Below, piece by piece: positions 58,671-64,000 of a DNA stretch of 64,000 nucleotides. This stretch comes from an uncultured Methanosarcinales archaeon (GTDB lineage Archaea > Nanobdellota > Nanobdellia > Woesearchaeales > UBA10216): positions 427 through 64,426 of the forward strand of contig CAZDCW010000003.1 in assembly GCA_964504135.1 (NCBI GenBank), read 5' to 3'. Under the pieces are notes generated by a model, which was not told where the DNA came from, did not search any database, and saw only the letters and a list, made by a program, of their open reading frames with translations. The first letter of the stretch is position 1, and each line of letters opens with the position of its first letter. The position numbers and the translations under genes are program-made.

Positions 58671-59831
58671 ATGCTAAGGAATGAAGTAAGTGCAAAGCTG
58701 GATGATGCCAGGCTCGGACTCTGGGATTTTCTCACGTCGGCTGGCCCTGACAGACCTCTGGCTGGACTTACCATTTCTGTAGGCGGCATCAACTATAAAA
58801 TTGACCCTGCAGCAGCTGGAGGTATGGACCCTTTACATGCTTCTCTGTTCCTTACTAGCCCTAAAGGAGACCACAGGTATGAGGGCTTGGATGATCTGAT
58901 TTTTGATATGGGTGGTTTTGAAGTTGGGGATAAGCCTGATGAACAGGCGCCCCTTCTCCGCCGCCTTGAGGCAACTAGGTGGTTCTGGGGCAGCTTTAGT
59001 GTCGCAGTGGCAAACCTGCCAAATGAATTTCCTCCGGGTACGGTAGACAGCCTTCACTCAGGGCATTACCTTAAGCCTTTCCTGCAGCAGTTGACTGCGG
59101 AGAATCACATCAGGAGGGCGCTTGACTCTAATCGCGGCAGAACTCCATTGGAGTACGCATGGCACAGCATTGGTTCATTTGATTCGCCTTCTTCGATAAC
59201 TTTTACACAGTCAAACAGGGATCAGCTTGTTATAGAAAGCATCCATGGCCTTACAGGGATAAGGTTTAAGGATGCCGGCGCTGAGGCGCTGAGGCGCCAT
59301 TACCTCAGAATCCATACGGATTTCATGAACTACCTTGGGGTTCCATGCGTTGCTGCTCCGAGGGATATTGGCGGAATTCTGGAATCTGGTTTGGCTGCCG
59401 CTCTCCGAATGCAACATAAGCCCCGCCCAGTGGAGCCTTTTCTTGCTGCCTTTCTTATAGGGGTGGTTGGCTATGCGTCATATGCCTGTCTCCCCCAGCC
59501 TCCTTCAGGCTCTTCGCTTGCCGCAGCCACGCCTACTCCGGCAGTCTCAGCCACGCCTATGGCTGCAACACAGGTAGCCGCTTCAACCCCGGTGCCTGTT
59601 TCAACGCCTCAGGCTGTTGCTCCTCTGGTTCCCGGGGTTCTTGGAAGGGATTATCATCTCGGCCTTCCGGTGGTTCCTTATGGAGAGCAAACCAGCCGCA
59701 GGTATTCAGTGAATGCGCCAATAGTCCCGAGTGGAAATCTGCCTGGGCTCCCGACGCCTGCTGCTTCGCCGGCTCCGAGGGCTGGGCAAGGCTTTCTGCC
59801 TGTTGTGCCGGCAAGCTACACTTCAAAGTGA
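58671..59831 (+). CDS. Unknown family paralog 2 (TM, long P/T/A tail)
   Basis: Same motifs; tttttaaa about 25 nt upstream. Confidence 0.8.
   Translation: MLRNEVSAKLDDARLGLWDFLTSAGPDRPLAGLTISVGGINYKIDPAAAGGMDPLHASLFLTSPKGDHRYEGLDDLIFDMGGFEVGDKPDEQAPLLRRLEATRWFWGSFSVAVANLPNEFPPGTVDSLHSGHYLKPFLQQLTAENHIRRALDSNRGRTPLEYAWHSIGSFDSPSSITFTQSNRDQLVIESIHGLTGIRFKDAGAEALRRHYLRIHTDFMNYLGVPCVAAPRDIGGILESGLAAALRMQHKPRPVEPFLAAFLIGVVGYASYACLPQPPSGSSLAAATPTPAVSATPMAATQVAASTPVPVSTPQAVAPLVPGVLGRDYHLGLPVVPYGEQTSRRYSVNAPIVPSGNLPGLPTPAASPAPRAGQGFLPVVPASYTSK
59494..59831 (+). repeat. 338-nt direct repeat, copy 1
   Basis: Matches 61466-61803 with two differences seen near the 5' end. Confidence 0.95.
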
Positions 59832-59854
59832 GCTTAGAACCGGCTTCGCGTGGT

Positions 59855-59970
59855 TATAGCAAATCACGTTAATAATCGGAACTTTGTTCCGCTCAAATAA
59901 GTGATTTGCTTATTAGTAAATAACCTTGCAATACTTTTTTAATATACGAAAATTAAGGTTATTTACTATA
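59855..59970. repeat. TA-flanked twin inverted repeat with family A architecture but different sequence
   Basis: agcaaatcac/gtgatttgct (10 bp) and tagtaaataacctt/aaggttatttacta (14 bp). Confidence 0.7.
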
Positions 59971-60054
59971 GTTGGCGGAATCCAACTTGGTGAAGTTTGA
60001 TTTCCACGCAACGCGTCGCAAAAGTTTTTTAAATCCTGCGACATTCGCCTTTGG

Positions 60055-60573
60055 GTGAATAATGCAGGAAAATTTTTTCTCGGCACAGTTGCCGTTGCTT
60101 ATGCCGTGCTTAACATCATGTGCGGGATTGAGGTGGTTAGTCTTAGGCGTGAGGTTGATGCGCAGAGGGCGTCTTCAGCCACAAATGCACAGGTTAAAAA
60201 TTTGTCCGATTACGTATCAGGCTTGCCCGGCAGGCTATCAGATTCCGAGAGGGCAGCAGTTGAAAGAGAAACAAGAATCCGGGATTATCTTTCAGGCCGC
60301 ATTGAAGGCCTGAGCACTAGGGTTGACGGACTCGAAAGATGGAAGAGTGCCACTGAATATGGCGCGAACAAGGTTGAAACACTGTGGAATCTCAGGGATG
60401 TACAGCGCGGGCAGATTGAAGATTTGAGGCGCGATCTTGCTGCAGTGAGGAGTTTATACAATGCGCAGGGAAGTAAGAATGAGTCGTTTTACAACAGTAT
60501 AACTAATTTGGAGAGGAAGCTTGCAGAACTCTCAGGAATTCCCAATCCCGACCCTGAAGTGCAGGGCAGGTAG
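60055..60573 (+). CDS. N-terminally anchored coiled-coil protein
   Basis: Hydrophobic N-terminus followed by heptad pattern; TATA-like box upstream. Confidence 0.75.
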   Translation: MNNAGKFFLGTVAVAYAVLNIMCGIEVVSLRREVDAQRASSATNAQVKNLSDYVSGLPGRLSDSERAAVERETRIRDYLSGRIEGLSTRVDGLERWKSATEYGANKVETLWNLRDVQRGQIEDLRRDLAAVRSLYNAQGSKNESFYNSITNLERKLAELSGIPNPDPEVQGR

Positions 60574-60666
60574 TCCTGCTTTAACATGCATTTTCACTGA
60601 TTTTTTCCTGGAAAACCGCAAAGCAAAAGCAAAACCTTTTTACAACGAATCAGATTCCTCATTTTA

Positions 60667-61803
60667 ATGCTAAGGGATGAAGTTGTTGGAAAGCTGGATC
60701 CCTCCAAGGTTGCCCTGTGGGGTTTTCTTCGCTCTATTGGACCTGGCGAGCCATTGTCAGGCGAGGCTGTTAACAGGAGTATTAATGTCAGGGGCGTAGA
60801 TTACATGATAGAATCCGCCAGTGGAAGGTCCTTGGACATCGGCTCGGCTGGCATCTCTTTGCATAATTCTGCGGGGCATGCCCTCAACTATGATACGCTG
60901 GATGCGGTTATGGAGGATTATGAGCTCACTGCTTCATTTGGGAATCAGGACGCGCAGCAGACGGCAGCCCTTCTCAGCCGCATGGAGCAGACTTTGCTAT
61001 TCTGGAAGGCTTTTGCTTCTGAACTGAGGGAGATGCCCGCAAAGTTTTCTGCGGCTGAATTGGACGGCCTTCATTCCAGGCGTTATATGGCTGCGTTCAG
61101 GCAGCAGCTTATACCTTCAGGAAGAGTTATCAGGAAGGGTTCGCTTGATGCCAAGCAGGATAGACAGCCGCTGGAATACTGTTGGGATACGTATGATTCT
61201 ATAACCTTTGTAAGGCCAGGCTCTCCGGGTGATCATAATGCGCAGATTGTGGTGGAAGGTGTCCACGCTCTGCGCGGGATTATTTTTAACGATCCGCAGG
61301 CAGAGGATTTAAGGCGTCTTTATGTGGCAAATCATATTGACCTGATGGCCTATCTTGGCGTGAAATGTGCAGTCGGTGCCAGGCAGCCTGGCAGCCTCTT
61401 TCGGTATGCCTTGGCTGCCGGGGGGCTCGTTGTCCTGCTGGGTTACAGTTCCCTGACCTTCCTCACCCAGCCTCCTTCAGGCTCCTCGTTTGCCGCAGCC
61501 ACGCCTACTCCGGCAGTCTCAGCCACGCCTATGGCTGCAACACAGGTAGCCGCTTCAACCCCGGTGCCTGTTTCAACGCCTCAGGCTGTTGCTCCTCTGG
61601 TTCCCGGGGTTCTTGGAAGGGATTATCATCTCGGCCTTCCGGTGGTTCCTTATGGAGAGCAAACCAGCCGCAGGTATTCAGTGAATGCGCCAATAGTCCC
61701 GAGTGGAAATCTGCCTGGGCTCCCGACGCCTGCTGCTTCGCCGGCTCCGAGGGCTGGGCAAGGCTTTCTGCCTGTTGTGCCGGCAAGCTACACTTCAAAG
61801 TGA
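60667..61803 (+). CDS. Unknown family paralog 3
   Basis: Same motifs; tail essentially identical to paralog 2. Confidence 0.8.
   Translation: MLRDEVVGKLDPSKVALWGFLRSIGPGEPLSGEAVNRSINVRGVDYMIESASGRSLDIGSAGISLHNSAGHALNYDTLDAVMEDYELTASFGNQDAQQTAALLSRMEQTLLFWKAFASELREMPAKFSAAELDGLHSRRYMAAFRQQLIPSGRVIRKGSLDAKQDRQPLEYCWDTYDSITFVRPGSPGDHNAQIVVEGVHALRGIIFNDPQAEDLRRLYVANHIDLMAYLGVKCAVGARQPGSLFRYALAAGGLVVLLGYSSLTFLTQPPSGSSFAAATPTPAVSATPMAATQVAASTPVPVSTPQAVAPLVPGVLGRDYHLGLPVVPYGEQTSRRYSVNAPIVPSGNLPGLPTPAASPAPRAGQGFLPVVPASYTSK
61466..61803 (+). repeat. 338-nt direct repeat, copy 2
   Basis: Offset 1972 nt from copy 1; identity stops at TGA. Confidence 0.95.
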
Positions 61804-61866
61804 AATGGCGCATTATATAATCCTTAAAGTCAGTTTTTTATGCTGTGGCCGCTTACATGATTGTTG

Positions 61867-62727
61867 ATGGGCAGGTTTTTTTCAGCAGTGCTTGGGCTTT
61901 CGGCTGCACTGGCCGTTGGCGCTGTTCTGTATAATTCAGATGTTGACAGGAGGAATTATCGCAGGGAGTTCATGGATGCAGCGGCAGGCCATGCCTCTGT
62001 CCTGTCCTCAAACGATTCTGCCTTGCAGAGTGATATTTCCGCAATTGCAAAGGAGGTCAGGCAGCTTAGGTCTTCCACAGAGCTTCAGTTAAGTTCGATT
62101 CAGGGGGTTTACACCAGCATTTCAAGGCGGCTTGAGAATGTTGAGTCAGGCGTTGTGTCTGTCGGGAAGGATACCTCTGCGATGAGGACCTCAGTCTCCG
62201 GCTCTTCAGAGGAGGTTGTGCTCAGGAATAACCAGATTCTTGCCGAGTTCAGGGACTTGCGCAAGGACTATGCCCTCATTATTGAGCTGCTGAATTCCAG
62301 CCCGCAGGGTCCTTTGTTTCATCCGCAGTACGGCTGGCTGGGAAGTAAGGAAAATTTTGGCAGCGCGGTTCCGGATTACTGGACAACCGACAGGTCTGTT
62401 CTGCTGCGCTTTGCACCTCAGATTAGGGCTTCCATTTCGGCGCCCCTTTCAGAGGTTTACCAGGACAGACCCCAGTACTCCTTTCTTGTGGCCAGGAATG
62501 CGGTTGGAAGCCTTGATGAGGCCATTGACGGCCTGGACAGTAATGGCGAGTTCATGGACCGCGCCTCTACGCTGCTTGTTTATTCAGTCCAGCCTGCCGG
62601 AGCCAGCCGTCAGTTGTATCAGTTGTCTTTGGTTCTTGCAAACACAGAAAGCCATCCTCTTGGCGCCCTGAGAAGCATCCCGATTTCAGGCCAGTTGGCC
62701 GGGGAATTGGCAAAGCCTTCGTCTTAG
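61867..62727 (+). CDS. N-terminally anchored coiled-coil protein with C-terminal globular domain
   Basis: TM at N-terminus, heptads, aromatic-rich C-terminal domain. Confidence 0.75.
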   Translation: MGRFFSAVLGLSAALAVGAVLYNSDVDRRNYRREFMDAAAGHASVLSSNDSALQSDISAIAKEVRQLRSSTELQLSSIQGVYTSISRRLENVESGVVSVGKDTSAMRTSVSGSSEEVVLRNNQILAEFRDLRKDYALIIELLNSSPQGPLFHPQYGWLGSKENFGSAVPDYWTTDRSVLLRFAPQIRASISAPLSEVYQDRPQYSFLVARNAVGSLDEAIDGLDSNGEFMDRASTLLVYSVQPAGASRQLYQLSLVLANTESHPLGALRSIPISGQLAGELAKPSS

Positions 62728-62870
62728 CATGATGACGAATTCCAAACAGTAAGTTTATATAAATCCTTATAATTGTAATTATTTCATAATGGTGACATTG
62801 CAATAAACTTTTTATATTAGCCCGGTTTCAGGCAGCAGACTGATGTTTAACAACCTTAGGGGGTGTAGCT

Positions 62871-63650
62871 ATGACAAATAGTCCAAATGCTTCTAGACGG
62901 GATTTTGTGAGGGGAGGAGGCCTTGCAGGGCTTGCTGCTGCACTTCACCCGGGTGTATTGGCTTCTGCATTAACAGGCCCTTCAGCAGGTTCGTCAGCCC
63001 TGTCAGCTTCCTCTGGGACTGTGGGCCCATTAGAGCGTTTTCTGGCCTATAGGTCTTTGTCTTATCCTCAGCCAGATACCAAGCGTCCGGATTATGTTGT
63101 TCCGAAGGGTGCTTCAGCAGCCCCTGGTCTGTACATAGTTCAGGCTCCTCTGTTTGAAGGTTCTAAACATTCTGCTCAGGAAAGTCAAAGGAGGCCCTGG
63201 AGCACTCAGAATGGTTGGCTTGATACGAGGACGATAAAGCAAGTTCTGCAGCAGTACGGTGCGGTTTTGGACCTAGAACAACTAAAGGCTGAAATTGGAG
63301 CTTTATTGACTGTAGAACTTGCCGACAGGCTGTATGTGTCTGAAATACGTGCCTTAACCGAGTTTGCCAGCAATTCTCATCGCGATTTGGGAGTAGCGAC
63401 CAATGCTGCTGAAAAGCACTGGGAATTTAATGGCGCGGCGTTTGACGGCGTGCTTGGCCCTGGTAATTATGAGGCTGTTGTGTTGCAGGGTTACGTTGAC
63501 GGACCGTATTGTTTTGTCAAGATTAAGGCCGAGGCTCCTGGCTCTTCATTGGGCGGAGTTGCATATGCCTTTGCAATGACCCGTCCAGTGGCTCTTGAGT
63601 TGCAGGATAGGGTTAACCAGGTTAGAAGGCAGTATGATCTGCCTCGCTGA
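62871..63650 (+). CDS. Hypothetical protein with twin-arginine-like signal
   Basis: SRRDFVRGGGLAGLAAAL; RBS gggggtg. Confidence 0.75.
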   Translation: MTNSPNASRRDFVRGGGLAGLAAALHPGVLASALTGPSAGSSALSASSGTVGPLERFLAYRSLSYPQPDTKRPDYVVPKGASAAPGLYIVQAPLFEGSKHSAQESQRRPWSTQNGWLDTRTIKQVLQQYGAVLDLEQLKAEIGALLTVELADRLYVSEIRALTEFASNSHRDLGVATNAAEKHWEFNGAAFDGVLGPGNYEAVVLQGYVDGPYCFVKIKAEAPGSSLGGVAYAFAMTRPVALELQDRVNQVRRQYDLPR

Positions 63651-63653
63651 AAA

Positions 63654-64000
63654 ATGGATTTTTCCAGGGCTTCAAGAATCTTGTTTGTTATTCTTGTAAA
63701 TTTCATGCTGCTTGCAACTCCTTTGGCTGTTGCTGATGACGAAGGCGGAGAGGACAGCGGTGGCGATGATGGCGGTGACTGGGGGGATGGTGGTGATGAA
63801 GATTCAGGTGATGTAGGCGATTACCCTGACCCTGATTATCCTGAGCCTGATACTCCTGTTCCTGATTATCCTGAGCCTGATACTCCTGTTCCTGATTATC
63901 CTGAGCCTGACACTCCTACTCCAGACGTCCCTGCCCCTGATACTCCTGTCCCGCCTCCAACCCCAACTCCAGTAACCCCCACTCCTCCAGGCCCTGAGCC
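63654..64000 (+). CDS. Secreted protein with D/G-rich and Pro-rich repeats, 3'-truncated (absent from ORF track)
   Basis: MDFSRASRILFVILVNFMLLATPLAVA-DDEGGEDSGG..; frame open to the window end. Confidence 0.85.
   Translation, partial: MDFSRASRILFVILVNFMLLATPLAVADDEGGEDSGGDDGGDWGDGGDEDSGDVGDYPDPDYPEPDTPVPDYPEPDTPVPDYPEPDTPTPDVPAPDTPVPPPTPTPVTPTPPGPE
63831..63920 (+). repeat. 30-nt coding tandem repeat x3 (PDYPEPDTPV)
   Basis: cctgattatcctgagcctgatactcctgtt twice exactly, third copy diverged. Confidence 0.95.

Noticed and set aside
59494..61803. 338-nt repeat as a diversity-generating retroelement TR/VR pair
   Set aside because: Both copies are coding, the two differences are C/T rather than at adenines, and no reverse transcriptase is in the window.

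Overview
Archaeal chromosomal segment, most consistent with a DPANN lineage such as Woesearchaeota (inference from split rpoB''/B' and rpoA'/A'' with L30e-NusA-S12, AglB, intron-containing tRNAs, TATA-box/leaderless starts and bacterial-type MetK). Contents: surface-glycan genes (1-9.7 kb, 48.8-57.5 kb), an AlkD/PolB/EndoQ repair cluster, metK, a complete DAP-aminotransferase lysine operon with a tandem-LuxR insert, two double-intron tRNAs, the RNA polymerase operon, two decayed toxin-antitoxin loci and an array of uncharacterised membrane/secreted genes (57.6-64 kb). Most notable: (1) a ~90-nt TA-flanked twin-hairpin element with compensatory changes and reconstructable empty sites, nested with two other repeat families and with no transposase in the window; (2) three paralogs with divergent N-terminal domains, two sharing a near-identical 338-nt 3' module that ends exactly at the stop codon; (3) an AglB-FKBP fusion; (4) an apparently circularly permuted Cof-type HAD. 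All calls are from visual motif recognition, no searches were run, so novelty is unverified.
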